From Bacteroidales bacterium (GTDB taxonomy: Bacteria; Bacteroidota; Bacteroidia; Bacteroidales; CG2-30-32-10): a stretch of DNA of 62,160 nucleotides. The notes under the pieces were generated by a model. The model did not search any database, was not told where the DNA came from, and saw nothing but the letters and a program-made list of their open reading frames with translations. The position numbers and the translations under genes are program-made. The number at the start of each line of letters is the position of its first letter. The stretch's first letter is position 1. Shown in pieces: positions 17,017 to 27,356 of the stretch. The DNA is taken from the NCBI GenBank assembly GCA_050013795.1, contig JBEKEO010000007.1:1-62160 (forward strand), read 5' to 3'.

Positions 17017-19419
17017 ATGAAAGATTCAAAGAAAGATATAATGTGGAGGGTCTACCTGGTATACATGGTAGTACTTCTGTTTTCTTTCTTTATCATAGGG
17101 CAGGTAATGCATATTCAGTTTATAGAAGGCGACACATGGAAAAAGAGATCGGAGATGCAGTCTCTCGACACTATGAAAGTTGAAGCCATCAGGGGTAATA
17201 TTTGTGCTAATAACGGAAGTCTTCTTGCTACATCTGTTCCTATATTCGATATTTTCTGGGATTCACAGGTTGTTGCCGATGATGTTTTTGAAAGCAAATC
17301 GGACTCTCTTGCATATTGTCTTTCCAATATGTTTAAAGATAAATCGAAAAGTGAATACAAAAAAATCCTAAGCAGTGCAAAGGCTGATGGAAAAGAATAT
17401 GCTCTAATTCATAAATCAAATTTTGATGATGAAAAATCGCAGGTGACATTTGATGAACTTAAAGCTATTAAAAAGTTCCCAATTTTTAGATTGAGTAGAA
17501 AAAAAGGCGGTTTGCTGGTTGAAGAAAAAGGGAAAAGAGTGAAGCCATATCAGTTATTAGCAAAAAGGACTATTGGATATGTAATTGGCGACAGTACGGT
17601 TGAGAAAAACGGGAAAGTTGTAAAAATTGATACCAATAAAATTATTAAAGTAGGTTTGGAGGGATATTATTCCCGAGCGCTTGAAGGCATAAGTGGTATC
17701 AGGCTGAGGAAAAAAATCGCAGGTGGTATTTGGATGCCTCTAAATGATTATGACAATGAAATTGATCCTCAAAATGGAAGCGATGTAATTTCTACTATAG
17801 ACATTGACTTGCAGGATGTTGCTGAAAATGCCTTAATGAAAAATCTTATTGCTAATGATGCAGATCATGGGTGTGCCGTTTTGATGGAGGTTTCAACCGG
17901 ACAGATTAAAGCAATTGCAAATCTTAAAAGAGGAAAAAATGGAGTATATGATGAAGAAGAAAATTATGCAATAGGCGAAGCAACAGAGCCCGGTTCTACT
18001 TTTAAATTATTTTCTCTTGTAGCCGGTATGGACGATGGAATGGTAAATCTTGATGATATGGTCACCATTGGCAAAATAAAATATTACGACCAGGAAATGC
18101 AGGATTCCCATATAGATGGTTTTGGACCGGAATCAGTCAGGCAGGCATTTGAAGAATCATCAAATGTAGGTATATCGCAAGCTATCTTTAAAGCATATAA
18201 AGATAATCCGCAGCGTTTCACTGATAAATTATACGCTATGAGAGTTGATCAGCCTTTAGGAGTTGAAATTGGTGGTGAAGCAAAACCTAAAATTTACAAT
18301 CCTAAAAGTAAATACTGGTCGAGGTTGACATTACCACATATGGCAATCGGATATGAAGTTGGATTAACGCCTATGCAGATTCTGACATTTTATAATGCAA
18401 TTGCTAACAATGGGAAAATGGTAAGACCACTTTTTGTAAAGGAAATACAAAGGTTGGGAAAAACAGTTACCCGGTTTAATCCAGTTGTATTGAAAGATTC
18501 AATTTGTTCACCAGCTACGGTAGCTAAAGCAAAATCATTGCTTGAAGGTGTGATAGAGAACGGGACTGGAAGAAGTTTAAAGAATTCGGTTTATAAAATT
18601 GCCGGAAAAACAGGTACTGCAAGGGTTGCAAAAAACAATAAAGGTTATGGCAACGAAGGAGATATTAATTACAAAGCCTCTTTTGTGGGATATTTTCCAG
18701 CAGATAATCCAATGTATTCCTGTATTGTTGTAATAAATAGCCCTTCGAAAGGCGCTTATTATGGAGCCGCTGTGGCAGCGCCGGTTTTTAAAGAAATTGC
18801 AGACAGGGTTTATGCCACACATCTTGAGGTTCATCAACATATTGATGAACCCGCTTCTCACAACGCAATTCCATTTGTCAAAGCTGCTAATCAGAATGAT
18901 TTATATATAATCTACCAAAAACTTAATTTTTCTACTTTATCACAAAACCCCAGTGCTGAATGGGTTTTCGCTTCCATTGATTCAAAAAATGTTTTGCTGA
19001 GGGAAAAGACTTTTAAGTACGGTTATGTTCCTGATGTTACAGGTATGGGGCTAAAAGATGCAACCTATATGTTGGAAAATTTAGGGTTAAAAGTAAATGT
19101 AAGCGGTAAAGGAAAAGTAGCAGCACAATCAATTGCGCCCGGATCTGTAATTATAAAAGGCAGTATTATAGAGATAAATCTTTCTAAACCTGAATCTTTA
19201 GATGAATATGCCCTTGTTCAAATAGTTCCGGTTGTGCCCGATTCCGCTTTGGTTGTTGACCCAAAGAAGAATATCAAGAAAAACAATAAAAATCAGCCTG
19301 TTAAAAACAAAAAAAACCAGGATAAAAACAAAAAAAATAACAACCCGCCTTCTAATAAGGCAGGTAACAAACCAAAAGCTGATAAAGCACAGAATAAAGA
19401 TAATGGTAAAGGTGCGTAA
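17017..19419 (+). CDS. ftsI: Class B penicillin-binding protein (FtsI-type transpeptidase) with a PASTA domain and a Lys/Asn-rich tail
   Basis: 800 aa. SXXK as GSTFK, SXN as SSN, KTGT. PASTA-like VPDVTGMGLKDATYMLENLGLKV. The last ~60 aa are low-complexity K/N/Q. Confidence 0.9.
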   Translation: MKDSKKDIMWRVYLVYMVVLLFSFFIIGQVMHIQFIEGDTWKKRSEMQSLDTMKVEAIRGNICANNGSLLATSVPIFDIFWDSQVVADDVFESKSDSLAYCLSNMFKDKSKSEYKKILSSAKADGKEYALIHKSNFDDEKSQVTFDELKAIKKFPIFRLSRKKGGLLVEEKGKRVKPYQLLAKRTIGYVIGDSTVEKNGKVVKIDTNKIIKVGLEGYYSRALEGISGIRLRKKIAGGIWMPLNDYDNEIDPQNGSDVISTIDIDLQDVAENALMKNLIANDADHGCAVLMEVSTGQIKAIANLKRGKNGVYDEEENYAIGEATEPGSTFKLFSLVAGMDDGMVNLDDMVTIGKIKYYDQEMQDSHIDGFGPESVRQAFEESSNVGISQAIFKAYKDNPQRFTDKLYAMRVDQPLGVEIGGEAKPKIYNPKSKYWSRLTLPHMAIGYEVGLTPMQILTFYNAIANNGKMVRPLFVKEIQRLGKTVTRFNPVVLKDSICSPATVAKAKSLLEGVIENGTGRSLKNSVYKIAGKTGTARVAKNNKGYGNEGDINYKASFVGYFPADNPMYSCIVVINSPSKGAYYGAAVAAPVFKEIADRVYATHLEVHQHIDEPASHNAIPFVKAANQNDLYIIYQKLNFSTLSQNPSAEWVFASIDSKNVLLREKTFKYGYVPDVTGMGLKDATYMLENLGLKVNVSGKGKVAAQSIAPGSVIIKGSIIEINLSKPESLDEYALVQIVPVVPDSALVVDPKKNIKKNNKNQPVKNKKNQDKNKKNNNPPSNKAGNKPKADKAQNKDNGKGA

Positions 19420-19549
19420 CGCATTAATAACCTGAGTATAAATGAAGAATAATATAAAGTAAATGAAGAACAGCTTTCAGTAAAAATAGTCATGACTATT
19501 TTGGAAAAGGTCATGACCTGGGTAAATGAAACATACGGTAGAATTATAA

Positions 19550-21010
19550 ATGAAATTACTAAAGGACATATTATTTAAATCAGGCATTGTTAAGGTAACT
19601 GGCATTACCGACATTGTAATTGACCATATAACCTTTGATTCAAGAGATGTTCAGAAGAATAGCCTTTTTATAGCAGTAAAGGGTACAAAAACAGATGGCC
19701 ATAACTATATTGAACAGGCTGTAAAGGATGGCGCTATAGCCATTGTGTACCAGGATGACCTCAGCAGCTTTGTAAAGGACATCACTTATATCAAAGTACA
19801 GAATAGCAGCAAAGCTTTAGGCTGGATTGCCTCAAATTATTTCGATAATCCAACGTCGAATTTAAAACTAACTGGTATTACAGGCACAAACGGCAAAACA
19901 ACCACTGTAACATTACTACACAAACTCTTCAGGGAACTGGGTTATAATGTCGGACTATTATCAACAGTTTGTAATAAAATAAATGACGAAATAATTCCCT
20001 CCACACATACTACACCTGATGCAATAAAACTGAACAGTCTTATGAAGCTGATGGTGGAAGAAGGATGCACGCATTGTTTTATGGAAGTCAGTTCGCATGC
20101 CATTGTTCAGAACAGGATAGCAGGGCTAAACTTTGCCGGGGGAATATTTTCGAACATCACACATGACCATCTTGATTATCATAAAACATTTGAAGAATAC
20201 CTGGCTGCAAAAAAGAGATTTTTTGACACCCTTGGCAAACATGCATTTGCTTTGAGTAATGCCGATGACAGAAACGGAAAAGTAATGCTTCAAAATACAA
20301 AGGCTTCACAGCATACTTATGGACTTAAGAACCCTGCTGATTTCAAAGCAAAAATAATTGAAAACAGTTTTGCCGGATTACAATTAAATATTGATGGAGT
20401 TGATGTTTGGTTCAAACTTATCGGGAATTTCAACGCTTATAATTTACTTGCTATTTATTCGGCGGCAGTTTTATTAGGAGAAAATAAGAACAGCATTCTT
20501 ACCATTCTTAGCCGTCTTGAGGCAATTGAAGGAAGGTTTGATTATGTAAGAGCGACTAACGAAACCACTGCAATTATTGATTATGCACATACTCCAGATG
20601 CGCTTAGCAACGTGTTAAGCACCATTACATCAGTTAAAGAAGGAAATGAAGAAATTATCACAGTTGTTGGATGTGGCGGCGATAGGGATAATACCAAGCG
20701 ACCGATAATGGCACGAATTGCTTGCGAATACAGCAATAAAGTGATTCTTACTTCCGACAATCCGCGTTCGGAAGACCCCGAAAAAATTATAGAAGAAATG
20801 ATGGCGGGAGTGGATATTGTTTCGAAAAGAAAAGTCCTTTCTATTCTTAACAGGAAAGAAGCAATAAAAACAGCATGTGCATTAGCATTACCCGGCAGCA
20901 TAATTCTTCTTGCCGGAAAAGGTCATGAAAAGTACCAGGAGATAAAGGGAGTAAAATATCCTTTTGACGATAAACAAGTAGTTAAAGAAATTTTTGATCA
21001 ATTAATCTGA
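19550..21010 (+). CDS. murE: UDP-N-acetylmuramoyl-tripeptide synthetase (diaminopimelate/lysine-adding)
   Basis: 486 aa. [12 protein letters not shown]-loop and [10 protein letters not shown] motif. Confidence 0.93.
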   Translation: MKLLKDILFKSGIVKVTGITDIVIDHITFDSRDVQKNSLFIAVKGTKTDGHNYIEQAVKDGAIAIVYQDDLSSFVKDITYIKVQNSSKALGWIASNYFDNPTSNLKLTGITGTNGKTTTVTLLHKLFRELGYNVGLLSTVCNKINDEIIPSTHTTPDAIKLNSLMKLMVEEGCTHCFMEVSSHAIVQNRIAGLNFAGGIFSNITHDHLDYHKTFEEYLAAKKRFFDTLGKHAFALSNADDRNGKVMLQNTKASQHTYGLKNPADFKAKIIENSFAGLQLNIDGVDVWFKLIGNFNAYNLLAIYSAAVLLGENKNSILTILSRLEAIEGRFDYVRATNETTAIIDYAHTPDALSNVLSTITSVKEGNEEIITVVGCGGDRDNTKRPIMARIACEYSNKVILTSDNPRSEDPEKIIEEMMAGVDIVSKRKVLSILNRKEAIKTACALALPGSIILLAGKGHEKYQEIKGVKYPFDDKQVVKEIFDQLI

Positions 21011-21015
21011 ACAAC

Positions 21016-22272
21016 ATGTTCTACTATTTATTTGATTATTTAAAAAGCAATTTTAATTTACCTGGTGCAGGAGTTTTTCAATATATCAACTTTCGTGCAC
21101 CTATGGCAATTATTGTGTCATTGCTGATTTCGCTATTTATAGGGAAAAGGGTTATCAATTATTTGCACAAGAAACAAGTCGGTGAAGATATTCGTGATCT
21201 CGGTCTTGAAGGGCAAATTCAGAAAAAAGGAACTCCTACAATGGGTGGATTGATAATCCTGGCATCTATAGTAATTCCTACGCTCCTATTTGCTAAGCTT
21301 AATAATATATATATCATCCTTATGCTTGTTGCTACAATATGGCTTGGAGCAATAGGGTTTATAGACGACTATATAAAAGTTTTCAAAAAAAACAAAAAAG
21401 GTCTTGCCGGGAAATTCAAAATACTTGGACAAATAGGGCTTGGGATAATAATAGGCAGTTCGATTTATTTTAATGATTCCGTGGTCATCAGGGAAAAAGA
21501 GAACAATTCGGAAAGAATAGTGAACACTACGAATATTATGAAGATGGAAGATTATAGTGATTCCCCTAAATTATTTTCTGAAGAATCAATAAAATCAACC
21601 AAAACAACTATACCATTCATTAAGAACAATGAATTTGATTATGCTGATCTACTTGCATGGTTAGGACCCGGTTATAAAAAGTATGCATTCTTAATATTTA
21701 TTCCAATCGTGATATTCATAATTGTCGCTGTTTCGAATGGTGCAAATTTAACTGACGGGATTGATGGGTTGGCTGCCGGAACTTCGGCAATTATCGGAAC
21801 CGCTTTAGCAGTACTTGCTTATGTTTCAGGTAATATAATTTTTGCCGATTACCTTAATATCATGTATATTCCGAATATCCCAGAGTTAACAATTTTTGCC
21901 GGAGCATTTGTCGGAGCCTGTATAGGATTTCTTTGGTACAATTCTTATCCCGCTCAAGTATTCATGGGTGACACAGGAAGTCTTGCACTTGGAGGAATTA
22001 TCGCTGTATTCGCTATAATAATTCGCAAAGAACTTCTAATTCCTTTACTATGTGGCATATTTCTTATACAGAGTATTTCTGTAATCATCCAGGTTTTATA
22101 TTTCAAATACACTAAAAAGAAATACGGCGAGGGAAGAAGAATATTTAAAATGTCGCCACTTCATCATCATTACCAAAAACAAGGATATCATGAAGCAAAA
22201 ATAGTCATGCGCTTTTTGATAGTAGGAATCGTACTGGCTGTGATGACAATAGTTACATTAAAGTTAAGATAA
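21016..22272 (+). CDS. mraY: Phospho-N-acetylmuramoyl-pentapeptide transferase
   Basis: 418 aa. [31 protein letters not shown]. Confidence 0.95.
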   Translation: MFYYLFDYLKSNFNLPGAGVFQYINFRAPMAIIVSLLISLFIGKRVINYLHKKQVGEDIRDLGLEGQIQKKGTPTMGGLIILASIVIPTLLFAKLNNIYIILMLVATIWLGAIGFIDDYIKVFKKNKKGLAGKFKILGQIGLGIIIGSSIYFNDSVVIREKENNSERIVNTTNIMKMEDYSDSPKLFSEESIKSTKTTIPFIKNNEFDYADLLAWLGPGYKKYAFLIFIPIVIFIIVAVSNGANLTDGIDGLAAGTSAIIGTALAVLAYVSGNIIFADYLNIMYIPNIPELTIFAGAFVGACIGFLWYNSYPAQVFMGDTGSLALGGIIAVFAIIIRKELLIPLLCGIFLIQSISVIIQVLYFKYTKKKYGEGRRIFKMSPLHHHYQKQGYHEAKIVMRFLIVGIVLAVMTIVTLKLR

Positions 22273-22312
22273 TGAAAAAAAATAATTAATACTAAATATT
22301 AACTAAATCAAA

Positions 22313-22867
22313 TTGAATATGAACATGCACGAACTCGCACTTCAAGGAAAACACAATCTCTATAACACACTTGCCGCAGGTATTGCATCTAAAATTCTTG
22401 ACATCAGGAAAGACACTATTAAAGAAAGCTTAATGGATTTTCAGGGAGTTGAGCATCGGCTTGAATATGTTACAAATGTTCATGGAATTGAATTTATTAA
22501 CGATTCGAAAGCTACTAATGTAAATTCAACTTGGTACGCACTTGAAAGTATGTCAAAACCTATAATATGGATTGTGGGTGGCAAAGACAAAGGTAATGAT
22601 TACAATTTTCTTCATGATATTGTAAAGAAGAAAGTAAAAGCAATTATCTGCATGGGAGTTGATAACCGAAAAATTCACAAAATATTTTCTGATACTGATA
22701 AAATTATTGTCGATGTACGATCAGCTGATGAAGCAGTAAGGACAGCATATCATCTTGGCAAAACAGGTGATGTTGTACTTCTTTCGCCTGCATGTGCAAG
22801 TTTCGATTTGTTCGAAAATTATGAAGAAAGAGGAAGAAAGTTTAAAGAAGCTGTTCGCGAATTATAA
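22313..22867 (+). pseudogene. murD: murD, C-terminal third only (N-terminal Rossmann and ATP-binding domains absent)
   Basis: 184-aa ORF aligning only to the end of the central domain and the C-terminal domain of MurD (GKHNLYN, GVEHRLE, INDSKATN). Only 40 bp separate it from mraY. A vestigial ATGAAAAAAAATAATTAA ORF overlaps the mraY stop at 22272-22289. Confidence 0.75.
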
Positions 22868-22879
22868 AATAATAAAACG

Positions 22880-24079
22880 TTGAAGTTTTTTAATAACATA
22901 AAAGGGGATAAGGTAATATGGTTAGTAGTGATCATATTATCCATATTTTCCTTGCTTTCTGTTTATAGTTCAACGGGAATGTTGGCCTATATGCGTCAGC
23001 AGGGGAACACGGAATATTATCTCATAAAACATTTTATTATTCTTGTATTTGGTCTGGTGTTGATGTATTTAGTCCATCTCTTCAAATACACCTACTTTTC
23101 CAGGATATCTCAATTGGCTATGTTCATAACTGTTCCTTTGCTTTTACTGACTTTATTTACAGGCACAAATGTACATGAAGCAAGTCGATGGCTTACAGTA
23201 CCAAAAATTAATCTCACTTTTCAAAGTTCCGATTTTGCAAAACTTGCGCTTATTATTTATGTTGCCCGGTTACTGTCAAAGAAACAAGGACAAATAAAGG
23301 ATTTCAAAACGGCATTTGTTCCTATTATGGTTCCAATATTGATTGTATGTGCACTTATTTTACCTGCTAATTTTTCAACTGCAGCAGTTTTATTCACCAC
23401 CTGCCTGGTAATGCTTTTTATTGGTAGGATTAATATGAAGTACATTTTCGCCTTACTTGGAATAGCAGTTGTGCTGTTCTCATTGTTTATTGTCATTTTA
23501 TTGAATTCATCTTCTCAGGGGCGTTTAGGCACCTGGAAAAACAGGATAGAATCATTTAAAAATGGAAATAATGGTAATAAAGATGAAAATTACCAGCCTG
23601 AACAATCAAAGATTGCAATAGCTACTGGAGGTGTATTTGGGAAAATGCCAGGAAACAGCACACAGCGTAATTTTCTGCCTCACCCCTATTCTGATTTTAT
23701 CTATTCAATAATTACCGAAGAATATGGACTTATAGGTGCAATAATCATAGTATTAATGTACATGATTTTACTATTCCGTGGAGTTCGAATTGCTTCCCGT
23801 GCACCAGGATCATTTGGTGCATTCGCTGCATTTGGTTGTTGTTTCAGCTTGGTATTCCAAGCCTTTATTAATATGGCTGTTGCAGTAAATATTCTTCCTG
23901 TTACAGGTCAGCCTTTACCATTAGTCAGTATGGGTGGGACTTCAATCTGGTTCACGGGAATAGCAATCGGAATAATATTAAGTATAAGTAGAGAGTCCGA
24001 TATCGAAGAAGAAAAACTATTACACAAAAAAGAAGAAGTTAAAACGGAAGAAGTAAGCGATATAGAAAGTGGGAATTAA
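22880..24079 (+). CDS. ftsW: SEDS-family peptidoglycan glycosyltransferase FtsW (TTG start)
   Basis: 399 aa, polytopic. SDFAKLA and PVTGQPLPLVSMGGTS motifs. Confidence 0.9.
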   Translation: MKFFNNIKGDKVIWLVVIILSIFSLLSVYSSTGMLAYMRQQGNTEYYLIKHFIILVFGLVLMYLVHLFKYTYFSRISQLAMFITVPLLLLTLFTGTNVHEASRWLTVPKINLTFQSSDFAKLALIIYVARLLSKKQGQIKDFKTAFVPIMVPILIVCALILPANFSTAAVLFTTCLVMLFIGRINMKYIFALLGIAVVLFSLFIVILLNSSSQGRLGTWKNRIESFKNGNNGNKDENYQPEQSKIAIATGGVFGKMPGNSTQRNFLPHPYSDFIYSIITEEYGLIGAIIIVLMYMILLFRGVRIASRAPGSFGAFAAFGCCFSLVFQAFINMAVAVNILPVTGQPLPLVSMGGTSIWFTGIAIGIILSISRESDIEEEKLLHKKEEVKTEEVSDIESGN

Positions 24080-25172
24080 AATTATTATCAGCGGAGGCGG
24101 AACCGGGGGGCATATATTCCCGGCTATTGCTATTGCCAATGCACTAAAGAATAAAAACAAAGAAATTGAGATCCTTTTTGTAGGAGCCAAAGGGAAAATG
24201 GAAATGGAAAAGATACCTGCCGCGGGTTATGTAATAGAAGGTTTATGGATAAGCGGACTTCAACGAAAAATTACTTTTAAAAACATTTTAGTACCAATAA
24301 AGATTTTGTCAAGTCTTATTAAATCAAATAAAATAATAAAAGAATTTAAGCCCGATATAGTCATTGGGGTAGGAGGCTATGCCAGTTGGTCAATTGTTAA
24401 AGCTGCTTCAATTAAAGGAATCCCGACACTTATTCAGGAACAGAATTCATTTCCCGGCAAATCCAACATTAATCTTTCAAAAAAGGTGAAAAAGATTTGC
24501 GTGGCTTTCGAAGGGATGGAAAAATATTTTCCGGAATCAAAAATTGCAATTACAGGTAATCCTGTCAGACAGGATGTTGTGGATATTGAAAATAAAAAAT
24601 CTGAAGCATTAAATTTTTTCGGACTTAATCCAGCAGATAAAATTTTATTTGCAGTAGGCGGAAGCCTTGGCGCACGCACTATTAATGAAAGCATCCGAAA
24701 TAATCTCGAATTATTTACAGATAATAACATTCAGGTAATCTGGCAAACAGGAAAATATTACTTTGATTCAGCAAAGAGTTTTGTAAATAATTATTTAAGT
24801 GAAAAAATAAAAGTATTCGATTTCATTAACAGGATGGATTTGGCTTATGCTGCTGCTGATATTATTGTATCAAGAGCTGGGGCAATTTCTATTTCTGAAT
24901 TATGTATCGTCGGTAAACCGGTTATACTTGTTCCATCGCCCAACGTAGCGGAAGATCATCAGACAAAAAACGCTCAGGCACTAGTAAAAACAAAAGCAGC
25001 CAAACTTATAAAAGATTCCGATTGCAGAATTCTATTAGGAAAAACTGTTTTGGGGCTTGCTGAGAATATTACAGAACGTGAACAAATGAGTAAAAACATT
25101 AAATCACTTGCTTTACCTGGTGCGGCAGATCGTATAGCAGAAGAAATATTGAAATTGGCTGAGAATAAATAA
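24069..25172 (+). CDS. murG: UDP-GlcNAc:undecaprenyl-PP-MurNAc-pentapeptide GlcNAc transferase (GTG start)
   Basis: 367 aa. GGGTGGHIFPA N-terminal motif and GT28 layout. Overlaps the ftsW 3' end. Confidence 0.93.
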   Translation: MGIKIIISGGGTGGHIFPAIAIANALKNKNKEIEILFVGAKGKMEMEKIPAAGYVIEGLWISGLQRKITFKNILVPIKILSSLIKSNKIIKEFKPDIVIGVGGYASWSIVKAASIKGIPTLIQEQNSFPGKSNINLSKKVKKICVAFEGMEKYFPESKIAITGNPVRQDVVDIENKKSEALNFFGLNPADKILFAVGGSLGARTINESIRNNLELFTDNNIQVIWQTGKYYFDSAKSFVNNYLSEKIKVFDFINRMDLAYAAADIIVSRAGAISISELCIVGKPVILVPSPNVAEDHQTKNAQALVKTKAAKLIKDSDCRILLGKTVLGLAENITEREQMSKNIKSLALPGAADRIAEEILKLAENK

Positions 25173-25175
25173 AGA

Positions 25176-26552
25176 ATGATTGATATTAAAAAAATAAAAA
25201 AGGTTTATTTACTTGGAATCGGTGGTATCGGGATGAGCGCCCTTGCAAGATTTTTTAAGGCGAAAGGGGTACAGGTTAGTGGTTATGATAAAACACGAAC
25301 GGCCCTGACAGATGAACTTTGTGAAGAGGGAATTTCGGTTCATTTTGATGAGAATATCAAAATGATTCCAAAGGACATTGATTTAGTTATTTATACTCCG
25401 GCTATACCTAAAGAACATAAGGAATTTATTTTCCTTAAAGAAAAAGGAATCGAAATCCACAAAAGAGCTGAAATACTTGGTCTTATAACACAGAATGTTT
25501 ATACGATAGCTGTTTCTGGCACTCATGGTAAAACAACCATTACTTCAATGATAGCTCATATATTAAAGCTATCCGGAAAAGATATTTTTTCATTTATCGG
25601 AGGAATCAGTAAGAATTATAAATCTAATTTGATTTTATCAGAAAAAAATTCTATTGCCGTTGTGGAAGCTGATGAGTTTGATCGCTCATTTCTTCAACTG
25701 CATCCTGATATTGCGGTAATTTCGGCAATGGATGCAGATCATCTTGATATCTATGGGAACCAAGATTACATGATCGAATCATTCAGGTTGTTTGCAAGTC
25801 AGATTAAAGAAAATGGGAAATTATTTTTAAAGAAAAACCTTGAGCTGACTAGTATTGTAATTAAACCTATCACCTATTCAGCAAAAGAAAAAGCAGATTA
25901 TTATGCTACTGATATTAGAATAAAGAATGGATATTTCAATTATACTATTAATTGTCCAGACAACTTAAGTATTAAAATAACATCTATTGTTCCGGGAAAA
26001 CATAATGTTGAGAATGCGGTAGTAGCAGCAGCTGTAACTTTAAATCTCGGCGTTAAGCCTAACGAAATTAAGAAAGCACTACAAAGTTATTCTGGCGTTT
26101 GCAGACGCTTTGATTACAGGATTAATGATGATAATCTTGTATTTATTGATGACTATGCTCATCATCCTGAAGAAATCAAAGCTTGTATCAATGCTGCCAG
26201 AGAGCTTTATCCCGGGAAGAAGATAACTGGAGTTTTTCAACCGCATTTATTTTCAAGGACTAGAGATTTAGCTAATGGCTTTGTAGAAAGTTTATCAATG
26301 TTTGACGAATTAATATTGCTTGACATTTACCCGGCAAGAGAACTCCCTATCGAGGGAATTTCTTCTGATAACCTTCTTAAAAAAATACCATCAAATAATA
26401 AAATGGTTTGCCGTAAAGAAGATTTGATAGATGAGTTGATAAAAAGAAAACTTGATGTATTGATCACTATTGGAGCAGGCGACATAGATCAGCTTGTAGA
26501 ACCTATTGAAAAGAGTTTAAAGAACATTTTAAAAATAGCTAAAAGTTTATGA
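25176..26552 (+). CDS. murC: UDP-N-acetylmuramate--L-alanine ligase
   Basis: 458 aa. GIGGIGMSALA and GTHGKTTIT motifs. Confidence 0.93.
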   Translation: MIDIKKIKKVYLLGIGGIGMSALARFFKAKGVQVSGYDKTRTALTDELCEEGISVHFDENIKMIPKDIDLVIYTPAIPKEHKEFIFLKEKGIEIHKRAEILGLITQNVYTIAVSGTHGKTTITSMIAHILKLSGKDIFSFIGGISKNYKSNLILSEKNSIAVVEADEFDRSFLQLHPDIAVISAMDADHLDIYGNQDYMIESFRLFASQIKENGKLFLKKNLELTSIVIKPITYSAKEKADYYATDIRIKNGYFNYTINCPDNLSIKITSIVPGKHNVENAVVAAAVTLNLGVKPNEIKKALQSYSGVCRRFDYRINDDNLVFIDDYAHHPEEIKACINAARELYPGKKITGVFQPHLFSRTRDLANGFVESLSMFDELILLDIYPARELPIEGISSDNLLKKIPSNNKMVCRKEDLIDELIKRKLDVLITIGAGDIDQLVEPIEKSLKNILKIAKSL

Positions 26553-27346
26553 TGAAAAGAATTCTCATCATATTAGTTTGGATTATTCTTATTGCAGGTT
26601 TATCAACATTGCTTGGATTCGCATATCAAGAGCACCAGTCTGAGATTTGCAACAAGTCAGATATTTTCATAAAATATAATAGTGATGATTATTTCATTAC
26701 AAATGAAGATATAGAATCATTCCTTGCTCAAAAAGGATTTAAAATAAAAGGAGCTCCTTTATACGACATTAGTGCCGGAGAATTAGAAGCAGCCCTTTTA
26801 ACCATTCCATATATAAAAAAGTCTGATGTGTTTGTTTCCATTTTAGGCGATGTTCAAATTAATATTGTGCAAAGAAAGCCAATCGTCAAGGTTATTAGTA
26901 AATACGGTCAATCATTTTATATTGATAATGAAGGAAAGATGCTGCCAACAAGCGATAAATACACAGCAAGGTTGATAGTGGCAAACGGGTATATTAAAGA
27001 TTTCTACAACCCTTTTATGAAGCTGGATGTTTCTGATTCGACCGGCGCAGATACTGTCACAATGAAAACAAGCATTTATAAAATATACAGGCTAGCACAG
27101 TTTATATCGAAAGATAATTTCTGGAAAGCAATGGTGGAGGAAATTTTCATTAATAGCAGGGGAGATATTGAGCTGTTTACAAAAATCGGTAACCAGACTG
27201 TAATTTTCGGAGGCATTGATAATATAGAAGAGAAATTTTACAATCTTCTTGTCTTTTATAAACAATGTCTTAATAAAATAGGCTGGGAAAAATACAAATC
27301 AATTAATTTAAAATATAAAAATCAGGTAGTTTGTTCAAAAATTTAA
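26549..27346 (+). CDS. ftsQ: Cell-division protein FtsQ (POTRA-containing)
   Basis: 265 aa. Single N-terminal TM helix. Occupies the conserved position between murC and ftsA. Confidence 0.72.
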   Translation: MMKRILIILVWIILIAGLSTLLGFAYQEHQSEICNKSDIFIKYNSDDYFITNEDIESFLAQKGFKIKGAPLYDISAGELEAALLTIPYIKKSDVFVSILGDVQINIVQRKPIVKVISKYGQSFYIDNEGKMLPTSDKYTARLIVANGYIKDFYNPFMKLDVSDSTGADTVTMKTSIYKIYRLAQFISKDNFWKAMVEEIFINSRGDIELFTKIGNQTVIFGGIDNIEEKFYNLLVFYKQCLNKIGWEKYKSINLKYKNQVVCSKI

Positions 27347-27356
27347 TCTCACACTT

